Positions 28,876-38,606 of a DNA stretch of 64,000 bases are shown here, in pieces. A program made the translations under genes and the position numbers. Source of the DNA: an uncultured cyanobacterium (GTDB lineage: Bacteria; Cyanobacteriota; Cyanobacteriia; Pseudanabaenales; Pseudanabaenaceae). Under the pieces are notes generated by a model. It saw only the letters and a list, made by a program, of their open reading frames with translations. It searched no databases and had not been told where the DNA came from. How positions within the stretch are numbered: position 1 is the stretch's first letter; every line of letters begins with the position of its first letter. Where the stretch lies: contig OY969811.1 of the NCBI GenBank assembly GCA_963703315.1, forward strand, positions 3,360,001 through 3,424,000, given 5' to 3'.

Positions 28876-29934
28876 ATGTCTCAACAAATTGTTTATCGCA
28901 TTCTTGATGCTAATCTCGATCGCGCTCGTGAAGCTTTACGCACCATTGAAGAATGGTGTCGCTTTGGTTTAGAAGATGTAAATTTGTGCGATCGCTGCAA
29001 ACAACTGCGTCAAGAACTTGCTCAATGGCATCGAGAAGAATTTCGCCGCGCCCGTAATACCCCTGACGATCCTGCGACGGGGCTGAGCCATGCTAATGAG
29101 GAAATCCGTGCGGATATTCAAGCTGTCCTCAGAGCCAATATGGGACGGTTGCAAGAGGCGCTCAGAGTTTTAGAAGAATACGGCAAGGTTATCGATCCAA
29201 AATTAGGAGAGGCAATGAAGCAAATGCGCTATCAGGTCTACACCCTTGAAAGCCAATTGCTAGCCCATGAAATAACTAATGAGATTACCAATATTGGCGC
29301 AATTCGTCGTCAAAAATTGCAGGCTGCAAAGTTATATCTGGTGACGATGCCCGTCAATAATATTGCCGCCGTTGTGGAGTCGGCTTTGCAAGGTGGGGTG
29401 CAGATTGTGCAGTATCGGCAAAAAGATGGTGAAGATGGCACACGCTTAGCGATCGCCCAACAACTTTGCGACCTTTGTCATCAGTACGATGCTTTATTTT
29501 TAGTCAATGATCGTGTCGATATGGCGATCGCCGTGGGAGCCGATGGTATCCATGTAGGACAGACGGATTTACCTGTATCAGTAGTACGCCAAATTTTGAA
29601 TGCAAATGGCGGTGATGCCTCGCAATATATCATCGGTCAGTCCACCACTAATCCTCAAGAATTAGAAATTGCGCTAAATAATCAAGTGGATTATGTGGGT
29701 GTGGGACCAGTCCATGCCACTCCCACCAAGCCGAACAAAGCCGCCGCAGGTTATGAATATGTGCAGTATGCTGCTCAAAATATCAATATTCCGTGGTTTG
29801 CGATCGGTGGTATTGATGAACATAATTTAGGCGAGGCGATCGCGGCGGGAGCAAAACGTGTCGCCGTAGTTCGCGCCTTAATGAAAGCCGAACATCCTGA
29901 GGTGATTGCTAAACAAATGCGATCGTTTTTATAG
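28876..29934 (+). CDS. thiE: Thiamine-phosphate synthase, cyanobacterial long form
   Basis: N-terminal RILDANLDRAREALR domain; QYRQK, NDRVD, GIHVGQTD, TPTK and AIGGI motifs. ATG at 28876 preferred. Confidence 0.95.
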   Translation: MSQQIVYRILDANLDRAREALRTIEEWCRFGLEDVNLCDRCKQLRQELAQWHREEFRRARNTPDDPATGLSHANEEIRADIQAVLRANMGRLQEALRVLEEYGKVIDPKLGEAMKQMRYQVYTLESQLLAHEITNEITNIGAIRRQKLQAAKLYLVTMPVNNIAAVVESALQGGVQIVQYRQKDGEDGTRLAIAQQLCDLCHQYDALFLVNDRVDMAIAVGADGIHVGQTDLPVSVVRQILNANGGDASQYIIGQSTTNPQELEIALNNQVDYVGVGPVHATPTKPNKAAAGYEYVQYAAQNINIPWFAIGGIDEHNLGEAIAAGAKRVAVVRALMKAEHPEVIAKQMRSFL

Positions 29935-29940
29935 TCATCT

Positions 29941-29983
29941 CAAAAAACAAAAAGAATTGCTACGCAATTCTTTTTGTTTTTTG
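29941..29983 (+). terminator. Hairpin after thiE
   Basis: caaaaaacaaaaagaattgc-tac-gcaattctttttgttttttg. Confidence 0.7.
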
Positions 29984-30059
29984 TTTCTGCCCTGACAGCC
30001 CTAACGATAGCTATAGATTATGATGGTGAAAGCCAAGCTAATGTTAGAGAAAAAGATTT

Positions 30060-32711
30060 ATGACGCGCAAATTGTGGGATAGCTATTTAGAATTAGCCTC
30101 AGAATTAAGATTTTTGGATGGAGACAGCGATAAATCTAAAAAACATAAATCTTTCCAATTACCAGGGGCAAAACCTCACTACAATCCCGATCGCCCAGGA
30201 CAGGTTGAGCATATTGCCCTAGATCTAGTTCTCAATATTCCACAGCAATCAATTACTGGAACTTCCAAAATTCGGCTGCGACCTGTACGCGATGGTATTA
30301 CCGATCTGACTTTGGATGCCGTGAATTTACGGATTGACTCCGTAACAATTAGTTCTCAAATCGAAGCAAAGCCCGATCCAGATAAAGCTAAAAGTAAATT
30401 TGATTACGACGGCGAATTTCTTAAAATCTATCTCAATGAACCCACTCAGGCAAATGTGCCAATTGAAATAGCGATCGCCTATGCCGCCGAACAACCTCAA
30501 CGGGGAATTTATTTTGTCCAACCCACCGAGCATCAACCCGATAAACCTACGCAAGTATGGACACAAGGCGAAGATGAAGACTCGCGCTATTGGTTCCCCT
30601 GTTTTGATTATCCTGGGCAATTAGCGACTTCCGAAATTCGGATTCGGGTTCCCAAGGATTTGAACGTAATTTCCAATGGTGAGTTAATTGATGTTCAAGA
30701 ACATAAAAAAGAGAAGACTTATCATTGGTCACAAAAAGAAGTCCATCCTAGCTATTTAATTACTTTAGCGATCGGTGATTTTGTTGAAGTTAAAGATGAA
30801 TGGAAAGGCAAGCCCGTAACTTATTATGTCGATAAGTCGCGCACAGCCGAAGAAGCAATCTTGACGATGGGCAAAACCCCACGCATGATTGAGTTCTTCA
30901 GTCAGAAATATGGCTATGATTATGCATTTCCCAAATATGCACAGGTCTGTGTGGCAGATTTCATTTTTGGCGGCATGGAAAATACTTCCACAACCCTATT
31001 AACCGATCGCTGTGTACTTGATCAAAGAGCCGCCCTTGACAATCGCTCTAGTGAGAGTCTGGTTGCCCATGAGCTAGCCCATCAATGGTTTGGCGATTTA
31101 TTAGTAATCAAGCATTGGTCACACGCATGGGTGAAGGAAGGAGCCGCTACCTACGCGGAAGTTCTCTGGACAGAGCATGAATATGGAGCCGAAGAAGCCG
31201 CCTATTATCGTTTGGGAGAAGCGCGTAATTACATTTCTGAAGATAAAGAACGCTATCGTCGTCCGATCGTTACCCATGTTTATCGCGAAGCGATCGAGCT
31301 ATACGATCGCCATACCTACGAGAAAGGCGGCTGTGTTTATCACATTCTTCGCACAGAGTTAGGCGATGAACTGTTCTGGAAAGCAATTCATCATTTTGTG
31401 CGTACCAATGCCCACAAGACGGTGGAGACGATTGATCTGATTAGAGCGATCGAAGAGGCAACGGGCAAGAATACGCTCCCAATCTTCGATCAATATGTAT
31501 TTCGTGGTGGACATCCTGAATACAAGGTGGGCTATAGCTGGGATGGCGAAAACAACTTGGCAAAAGTCACAGTTTCCCAAACTCAAGATGAGCTATTTGA
31601 TCTCAAGATTCCTATTGGCTTTGGCTTTGAAGAAACTTCAGAAACTTCAGAAACTAAAGTGTTCACAGTGCGCGTGTTTGAGAAGGAACAAGCTTTTTAC
31701 TTCCCATTGAATGGCAAACCCAAATACATCAGCTTCGATCGCCATAACAACTATCTCAAACAAGTCACCCTCGACTATGGGATTGCAGAACTCAAAGCAG
31801 GTTTACAATCCGACCCTGATCCCTTAGCCCGTATCCAAGCTGCGGAAGCATTGGCGAAAAAAGGCGGATTGGAAGCTGTAAAAGCCCTTGGTCAAGCTCT
31901 GTTAGATGAATCATTCTGGGGTGTGCGAGTAGAGATTGCCGAAAATCTTGCCTCCATCAAACTCGATCAAGCCTTTGAAGCTTTAGCGAAAGGTTTAGAA
32001 GATCCTAATCCGAAAGTGAGAATTGCGGTACTCAATGGCTTGGGACAAAATAAGGTACAGAAGAGCCTCGATTTGATTAAGCCCTTCATCAAGAAAGGCG
32101 ATCCTAGTTACAATGTGGAAGCGACCGCCGCTAGATTAATCGGTGATCTTGCACAGGCTCTCAGTGCCGAACGCGAACCTTCCAAAGTGGTGAAACTTCT
32201 GCAAACAGTTCTCAAAGAGCGGGCTGGTTGGAATGAAGTTGTGCGTTCAGGCGCGATCGCTGGTTTAGCCAAAATCAAAGATTCCGATGAGGCTCTAGAA
32301 ACAATCATCAAATATACGGAACCTGATGTCTCACAGCCTTTGCGCCTTGCTGCAATTAGAGCATTAGGTGCGATCGCGAAATCTCAAACTAAACCGAAAA
32401 CGGAGCAGATTCTTAATCGTTTAAAGGTAATCTCTCAGGAGACATTCTTTTTAACCCAAGTTGCGACTGTTGCTGCTTTGGGACAAATCGATAATGCTGG
32501 TGCAATTGGCGTATTGCGATCGCTTTCTGATTCCACACCCGATGGCAGAGTCCGCCGCGCCGCCGATGAAGCGATCCAACGAGTCCAAAAGGCGATCGGT
32601 AAAGATGCAGGATTGAAGCAACTGCGCGAAGAACTCGATCAACTTCGCAAGGATAATCAAGATCTGAAGAGTCGATTAGAAGCGATCGAAGCAAAATCTA
32701 AACCTGCCTAA
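30060..32711 (+). CDS. pepN: M1-family aminopeptidase N with C-terminal HEAT repeats
   Basis: GGMEN, HELAHQW-x-E and YEKG motifs; HEAT/PBS repeats and coiled-coil end. Confidence 0.93.
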   Translation: MTRKLWDSYLELASELRFLDGDSDKSKKHKSFQLPGAKPHYNPDRPGQVEHIALDLVLNIPQQSITGTSKIRLRPVRDGITDLTLDAVNLRIDSVTISSQIEAKPDPDKAKSKFDYDGEFLKIYLNEPTQANVPIEIAIAYAAEQPQRGIYFVQPTEHQPDKPTQVWTQGEDEDSRYWFPCFDYPGQLATSEIRIRVPKDLNVISNGELIDVQEHKKEKTYHWSQKEVHPSYLITLAIGDFVEVKDEWKGKPVTYYVDKSRTAEEAILTMGKTPRMIEFFSQKYGYDYAFPKYAQVCVADFIFGGMENTSTTLLTDRCVLDQRAALDNRSSESLVAHELAHQWFGDLLVIKHWSHAWVKEGAATYAEVLWTEHEYGAEEAAYYRLGEARNYISEDKERYRRPIVTHVYREAIELYDRHTYEKGGCVYHILRTELGDELFWKAIHHFVRTNAHKTVETIDLIRAIEEATGKNTLPIFDQYVFRGGHPEYKVGYSWDGENNLAKVTVSQTQDELFDLKIPIGFGFEETSETSETKVFTVRVFEKEQAFYFPLNGKPKYISFDRHNNYLKQVTLDYGIAELKAGLQSDPDPLARIQAAEALAKKGGLEAVKALGQALLDESFWGVRVEIAENLASIKLDQAFEALAKGLEDPNPKVRIAVLNGLGQNKVQKSLDLIKPFIKKGDPSYNVEATAARLIGDLAQALSAEREPSKVVKLLQTVLKERAGWNEVVRSGAIAGLAKIKDSDEALETIIKYTEPDVSQPLRLAAIRALGAIAKSQTKPKTEQILNRLKVISQETFFLTQVATVAALGQIDNAGAIGVLRSLSDSTPDGRVRRAADEAIQRVQKAIGKDAGLKQLREELDQLRKDNQDLKSRLEAIEAKSKPA

Positions 32712-32797
32712 ACAAAAAGACATTGCAGATGTTCTATTTGCAACAGAAGCAAGTTGCGGCGCAACTTGCTTCTATTTCTATGTCCGAAGCGCGATCG

Positions 32798-34408
32798 CTA
32801 CTTCACTTCTTGCAGATCTTTCTCGACTGACTGAACTTTGGGCTGAAGTACAGGAGGATTGGCGAGATAATCTGCAAGTTGGGCTTCAATTTGTTCGCGC
32901 ACAATCGAACGATATTCAAGGAAATGCTCTCCTTGAGCGCAAACGGATAGATAGCTGGTGACCACATTTGGATAGCGCTTCATCAAATCAAATAAATTAA
33001 TCCAGAATTGGAAACGGGTTTTACGAACGAAACCTTGTCGCCATGCCAAAGTTAGCAATGCTTTGATCGTAGTCCAATCGATCTTTTTCTTTTGATCGGT
33101 TTTTTCTCGCTTGATGCGCTTGTATGGAGATTCACCAAGAATCAAGAAATGACGATAGGTACGATTGAGAAATACTAATGGATCATAAAGTGTCCAGAAA
33201 GCATGAACATATTCCGTCGCAATATCTTCCAATGGACGAGTGGGCATGAAATTCATCAAAGTAGTTTGATGCCCATTGCTATTCTGGGTAATCATGCGCC
33301 CTTCTTTATTTAAACGATGCCATAAACCAGTATCAGGTAAAGCTTGCAGCATACTGAAGAGAGCCGTAGGAACCGCCGTCAGTTCTACAAATTGGACAAT
33401 GCGATCGCCTGCACCTTTCTTCTCACCATCAAAGCCGATGATAAATCCTGCCATCACCCGAATCCCTGCTCTGGCGATATTGATTACCGATTCTGAGAGA
33501 GGATCGCGATTGTTTTGGAACTTCTTGGTAAGCGCTAAACTATCAGTATCAGGGGTTTCAATGCCGAGGAACACCGAACCAAAGTTACATTCCACCATCA
33601 TCTGCATCATTTCAGGATCTTGAGCAAGATCCACCGATGCCTCGGTAGCAAAGGAGAAGGGATAATTACGCTCCTTCATCCAAGGCTTTAGCTCTTGGAG
33701 CATTACTTTCACATTGCGCTTGTTGCCGATGAAGTTATCATCCACCATAAAAATACTGCGTCTCCAGCCAAGATCGTAGAGACATTGCAATTCCGCAAGA
33801 ATCTGAGCAGGAGTCTTGGTGCGAGGCTTACGTCCATAGAGAACGATGATGTCGCAAAATTCACATTGGAAGGGGCAACCGCGAGAAAACTGCACGGACA
33901 TTTCCGCATAGCGGTTCATTTCTAATAGATCAAATCGCGGGATAGGCGTATCAGTAACCGCAGGTTTTTCACCATTGGCTCTCAGAATACCTGTGCGATC
34001 GCCTCTTTCGATCGCTTCGACAAACATTGGCAAGGTAATTTCGCCTTCATCCAAAATTAAGAAATCTGCCCCTGAAACTTTTGCCTCTTCAGGTAAAGCG
34101 GTGGGATAAGGTCCCCCAACTGCAACTAATTTGCCACGTTTTTTCGCTTCTTGGATTTGGGCTAAGAAATCTGTCTTTTGGACGATCATTGCTGACAGTA
34201 TTACCACTTCTGCCCATTCCCATTCGGCTTCGGTGATATCGCGCACATTGCGATCGACTAATTTAAATTCCCATGTTTGAGGCAAGATCGCGGCAACTGT
34301 GACCATGCCAAGGGGAGGAAGCTGAGCCTTATAACCAACTAATTCCAGTGTTTTCTCAAACGACCAAAAGCTTTTTGGAAATAACGGATAGACGAGTAAA
34401 ACACGCAT
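32798..34408 (-). CDS. B12-binding radical SAM protein (DUF4070-type C-terminus)
   Basis: RGCPFQCEFC CxxxCxxC motif; N-terminal cobalamin-binding region with VGGPYPT. Confidence 0.92.
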   Translation of the reverse strand: MRVLLVYPLFPKSFWSFEKTLELVGYKAQLPPLGMVTVAAILPQTWEFKLVDRNVRDITEAEWEWAEVVILSAMIVQKTDFLAQIQEAKKRGKLVAVGGPYPTALPEEAKVSGADFLILDEGEITLPMFVEAIERGDRTGILRANGEKPAVTDTPIPRFDLLEMNRYAEMSVQFSRGCPFQCEFCDIIVLYGRKPRTKTPAQILAELQCLYDLGWRRSIFMVDDNFIGNKRNVKVMLQELKPWMKERNYPFSFATEASVDLAQDPEMMQMMVECNFGSVFLGIETPDTDSLALTKKFQNNRDPLSESVINIARAGIRVMAGFIIGFDGEKKGAGDRIVQFVELTAVPTALFSMLQALPDTGLWHRLNKEGRMITQNSNGHQTTLMNFMPTRPLEDIATEYVHAFWTLYDPLVFLNRTYRHFLILGESPYKRIKREKTDQKKKIDWTTIKALLTLAWRQGFVRKTRFQFWINLFDLMKRYPNVVTSYLSVCAQGEHFLEYRSIVREQIEAQLADYLANPPVLQPKVQSVEKDLQEVK

Positions 34409-34475
34409 TATTTATAGTTGGGGTTTATTTTTAATTAATTCTGAACTGTACATATTATAAGACGACTAATCTGCT

Positions 34476-34789
34476 TATACCAAAACACAAAATGGCGTAG
34501 CCATTTTGTGTTTTAACACCTTTACTGGGGTTGTTTTTTAATTTATAGCCATAGCCAAGCAAGTTAAGATATAAAACCCAAAAATAGAGTTGCGGCACGA
34601 AGCGCCGCAACTCTATTTTTGGGTTTTGGTTTTGTTCTACTCCCTTCCCACTAAAAGAATAGGTGTTGTAAAGTGAATAATTAGTGGTGCGCGGCTCCGC
34701 CGCGCACCACTAATTATTCACTGGGAAGGGAGTAACATAACTGACTAGAGCTATACAAAGGTGTGCCAACACTTTTGTGAATTGGTATA
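34476..34789. mobile_element. Triple-nested MITE-like elements A[B[C]]
   Basis: A 34476-34789 (tatacc/ggtata), B 34544-34755 (tatagc/gctata), C 34640-34732 (ctcccttccca/tgggaagggag, TA on both sides). Confidence 0.82.
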
Positions 34790-34798
34790 ACTGGGATA

Positions 34799-34952
34799 GC
34801 TATAGGATACGTGTAAAAACCTGCAAGATGACCTTTAAAGCCATGGAGAGAGTAGATTTCAAAAATATAATTTTTAGTTTTTCGGGCGAAAAACTAACGA
34901 CATAATAAGTACTTGAGCGCGATCTTGCGGGTTTTTACACGTATCCTATAGC
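34799..34952. mobile_element. MITE with about 30-bp terminal inverted repeats
   Basis: gctataggatacgtgtaaaaacctgcaagat ... atcttgcgggtttttacacgtatcctatagc. Confidence 0.8.
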
Positions 34953-34977
34953 ACCCCCTAATAGGGTGCATAGTAAG

Positions 34978-35020
34978 CTAACAAAAAGGGGCAAAGATTA
35001 TCTTTGCCCCTTTTTGTTAG
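34978..35020 (-). terminator. Hairpin overlapping the TpsA stop codon
   Basis: ctaacaaaaaggggcaaaga-tta-tctttgcccctttttgttag. Confidence 0.75.
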
Positions 35021-38000
35021 GGAGATTTGTCTTCAGGCTTTTTGCAAGTGGGAATGGAAGTTGTCTGGGTAATTGCGAGGGAAGGATCAAGGCAGAGAAC
35101 CTGTGAGAAACTTAGTTCTAGATCTTGCTCGTCTAATCTGGAAGAGCGCACTTCTAAATTCTCACGGCTAGGAAATACACCACCAAATCCATTGGCAACT
35201 TTCTGGGTTGCGGGTAAAGCAGAATTGGTCAGTGAAAATGATGCGGGGGTAAATCCAGTTGCTGTCGCTGCAACTGTGTAACTACCTGAAACTCCATTTG
35301 CGGTAAATGCAGGAGCTACGGCAATACCGAGATTATTGGTTAGTACGTTAGCACTACCCGCAAAAACACCACTGGCTCCGCTAGATGGTGGAGCAAAGGT
35401 AACGAGAATATTTGGTGCAGGAATTGGGCTATTCACGAAGTTTTCGGTGACTTGCACGCCTAGAGGCTGCGCGAAGCTGGTGTTGCCATCTGTACTCTGG
35501 GGTGTGGTGTTGGCTAGGGGCGTGAGGCTAAAGCCTTGAGATTCAAATGCACCAATATCGACAGTGCCACCAAAGATACGGGTTGCGCCGCGTTGATCGG
35601 TAGCTGCGACACCTGCGTTATTGCCTGCATTTAAGGCAAGGCTATTGGGTAAAAGGGCATGGGTTTGGGTTGTGCCGCCATAGTTGCCGAGGGGTGCGAG
35701 TTGGGGATTGATGGGTGCGGAGATCGTGCCGATGAGGGAGCTATTGGCAAATGTGGCGGCAACGCCATCATTTGCACCGATTAAATTATTGCCGCCATTG
35801 GCAAAAACTCCCATGTTAGTAATACTCAAGTCCTGAACTGTCGTACCTTTAAAGTTACCCGCCACAATCGAGTTGGTAATCGTAAATGTGCCTAAATTAC
35901 TGACAATCCCGCCACCAGTGCCTGTGCCATTGTTATCAGCATCGGCAGTATTGTTGGTAATCGTGCTGTTGGTGCTTGTGCCTCCACCACTGTTGATAAA
36001 AATCCCACCACCATTACCATTAGTCCTATTACCCGACACAGTGCTATTGGTGAGCGTCAACAAGACTCCTCCACCGTTAACAATCCCACCACCATTATTA
36101 GATGTATTACCCGACACAGTGCTATTGGTCAGAGTCACGCCTGCACCGCCAAAAATCCCACCACCAGAACCATTAGTAGACGTATTACCTGACACAGTGC
36201 TATTGGTGAGCGTCACGGCTCCATTGCCATTAATCCCACCACCATTAAATCTAGCCGTATTAGCCAACACATTGCTATTGGTGAGATTCACGGCTCCACT
36301 GCTATTAATCCCACCACCAGAACCATTAGTAGACGTATTACCCGACACAGTGCTATTGGTGATTGTCACGGCTCCATTGCTATTAATCCCACCACCAGCA
36401 CCACCAGCAGCCGTATTACCCGACACAGTGCTATTGGTGAGCGTCACGGCTCCATTGCTATTAATCCCACCACCACCACCACTCATACCAGCATTAGCCG
36501 TATTACCCGACACAGTGCTATTGGTGAGCGTCACGGCTCCATTGCTATTAATCCCACCACCACCACCAAAATCAGCCGTATTACCCGACACAGTGCTATT
36601 GGTGAGCGTCACGGCTCCATTGCTAAAAATCCCACCACCACCACCAAAATCAGCCGTATTACCCGACACAGTGCTATTGGTGAGCGTCACGGCTCCATTG
36701 CTATTAATCCCACCACCATTACCAGCAGCATTCCCATTTCTAATCGTGACACCATCGATCGCGAGAGGCACATTTGTAACATTAAAAATCCGACTATTGG
36801 CATTGCCATCAATAATTGTATTAGTGCTGCCATTGCCACTAATCGTAAGAGCTTCGGTAATTGTAATCTGTCCACTCGTAAGGACGATCGCTATACCATT
36901 GAGACTTGGGTTAAACCGAATCTCATCAGCACCTGCGGCAGCATTAGCCGCCACTATTTGATTTCTCAAAGAATCTGCGCCCGCATCATCAGTATTCAGT
37001 ACCGTAAAAATCGCTAGAACATTCTGATAAGCATTCGTCGCCGCATCATTAAAAATCACCGTCGCAGGATTCAGACCAGTCTGATATTCCAGATTCCAAT
37101 CACCACCGAGCGCCACCGCCCCCGTGCGATTCGTCGAAGCCGCCACATCATGCCCCGTATAGTTCTTCACCGCCTGAACCAGCGCCGCCCCATTATCGCC
37201 ATTGGCTAGATTACAGGCATAGAGCAGAATATTCGCCGCAGGAGATAGAGAAGTCTTCCAAGCTTGGAGATCATTGGCGTACTTAGCAATGTTCTCAGAA
37301 CTAACAAAATCCTTACCCAGCCAGAAATTACCAGCATCCCCCTCAGAGACAATATGCAAACTATTTGCACCCGTGACACTAGCCAAAGTTGCCGTCACCT
37401 GAGCAATCCCAAACTGGTCAGGATTAATCACCGTCACACTGCTACCACCCTTAGTACCATCTAGTAAGGTTTGATAATTTTTAACCGTGCTGTCGATGAA
37501 TACAAAATTCCAACCCTGTTGGATATTAGGCGCATTCAAAGACGCTTGAGTGGTGTCGTAACGATTAGCAAGAATATTGATATTTGCCGCCGAGAGATTA
37601 CCCGTAGCGATCGCCTCTCCTGCTTGTGTCGGTGTAGTAATTCCTGTTCCTGCTAGCAAATTTGGCAAATCTATCCCCGTTATCGGCTTCGCATTGCCCA
37701 ATTCTTGTTGTGTAGCGATGGGTAGATCGAAACTCAGCACCCCACCTTCAGGCGTAATCCGTACATACTTGCCATCGGGTACTGCCACGATGTTGATTGT
37801 GCCATTAGCTGTAGCGATTGAACCTGTATTAATGACAATGCCACCAACTAAAGAAATACTCTGTCCTGCCGAAGCGGTGAGATTGCCTTGATTGAGAATT
37901 ACGCCAGAAGTTTGTCCTTGAGTCAGTGGCGATGTCGGACTAGTAAAAGCAAAGGCATTGGGAGTGCCAGTAAGATTTTGGAGATCGCTAGCACTGGTAT

Positions 38001-38472
38001 TCATCCCAAACCAACTATTCCCAACTTGGATTCCATTAGCTGTAGTAGCCGTAAAGGAAGCTGGTACGTTTAAACTGGCATTATTCCCAAAGATGATCCC
38101 TGCGGGATTCATGATGTAGAGATTAGAATTGCCGCCTGTCAGTTGGATGATTCCATTAATTACGGAAGGGTCGCCGCCCACGACACGACCGAGAATATTT
38201 TGAATATTTGGTTGGCTTAAAAAATTAGCAATTTGTCCTTGATTTAAGCCAAATTGCTGAAAGCTATGGAAGAGATTTGTGCCTGCTTGAGTTCCACCTG
38301 TAATGTCAAATTTCTGTCCATTTGGCAATATTACTGTGCCTGTTCCATCTGGTGCGGCGGTGATTGGTATTGATTGGGCTGTGACTGGCGCTGTCAGCAA
38401 TAGTGCTGGAGATAAGGCGATCGCTGTCCAAAACATTCTTAAAACTGACTTCATCATCATCTCCAACCACAC
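35017..38472 (-). CDS. Filamentous-haemagglutinin-family exoprotein (TpsA) with DUF4347-like domain and beta-helix repeats
   Basis: NLFHSFQQF and NPAGIIFG TPS motifs; FIDSTV...LLYAC...GGDWNLE; GGGI repeats; LAPLGNYGGTTQTHALL...DQRG...DIGAFE. The start may be an ATG slightly downstream. Confidence 0.88.
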   Translation of the reverse strand: MWLEMMMKSVLRMFWTAIALSPALLLTAPVTAQSIPITAAPDGTGTVILPNGQKFDITGGTQAGTNLFHSFQQFGLNQGQIANFLSQPNIQNILGRVVGGDPSVINGIIQLTGGNSNLYIMNPAGIIFGNNASLNVPASFTATTANGIQVGNSWFGMNTSASDLQNLTGTPNAFAFTSPTSPLTQGQTSGVILNQGNLTASAGQSISLVGGIVINTGSIATANGTINIVAVPDGKYVRITPEGGVLSFDLPIATQQELGNAKPITGIDLPNLLAGTGITTPTQAGEAIATGNLSAANINILANRYDTTQASLNAPNIQQGWNFVFIDSTVKNYQTLLDGTKGGSSVTVINPDQFGIAQVTATLASVTGANSLHIVSEGDAGNFWLGKDFVSSENIAKYANDLQAWKTSLSPAANILLYACNLANGDNGAALVQAVKNYTGHDVAASTNRTGAVALGGDWNLEYQTGLNPATVIFNDAATNAYQNVLAIFTVLNTDDAGADSLRNQIVAANAAAGADEIRFNPSLNGIAIVLTSGQITITEALTISGNGSTNTIIDGNANSRIFNVTNVPLAIDGVTIRNGNAAGNGGGINSNGAVTLTNSTVSGNTADFGGGGGIFSNGAVTLTNSTVSGNTADFGGGGGINSNGAVTLTNSTVSGNTANAGMSGGGGGINSNGAVTLTNSTVSGNTAAGGAGGGINSNGAVTITNSTVSGNTSTNGSGGGINSSGAVNLTNSNVLANTARFNGGGINGNGAVTLTNSTVSGNTSTNGSGGGIFGGAGVTLTNSTVSGNTSNNGGGIVNGGGVLLTLTNSTVSGNRTNGNGGGIFINSGGGTSTNSTITNNTADADNNGTGTGGGIVSNLGTFTITNSIVAGNFKGTTVQDLSITNMGVFANGGNNLIGANDGVAATFANSSLIGTISAPINPQLAPLGNYGGTTQTHALLPNSLALNAGNNAGVAATDQRGATRIFGGTVDIGAFESQGFSLTPLANTTPQSTDGNTSFAQPLGVQVTENFVNSPIPAPNILVTFAPPSSGASGVFAGSANVLTNNLGIAVAPAFTANGVSGSYTVAATATGFTPASFSLTNSALPATQKVANGFGGVFPSRENLEVRSSRLDEQDLELSFSQVLCLDPSLAITQTTSIPTCKKPEDKSP
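35960..36725 (-). repeat. About 10 intragenic tandem repeats (about 75-85 nt; AVTLTNSTVSGNT..GGGI)
   Basis: Near-identical gtattacccgacacagtgctattggtgagcgtcacggctccattgctattaatcccaccacc units. Confidence 0.92.
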
Positions 38473-38606
38473 ACCAAAATTTTACTGAGACTTAACAATA
38501 CAAATTTATACTATATTTCCGTAAAATTCCCATAAAATATTTGATTGTGACTGAAATGTGCTAACGTTTTGACTGTCAGTGAGGAATCAATGTAAAAATA
38601 AGAACT

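Noticed and set aside
35960..36725. Tandem repeats as a CRISPR array or DGR template/variable pair
   Set aside because: They are in-frame coding repeats; no reverse transcriptase and no adenine-specific variation was seen.
35873..36961. 362-aa Pro/Leu/Val-rich ORF on the + strand
   Set aside because: Antisense shadow of the TpsA Gly/Asn/Thr repeats.
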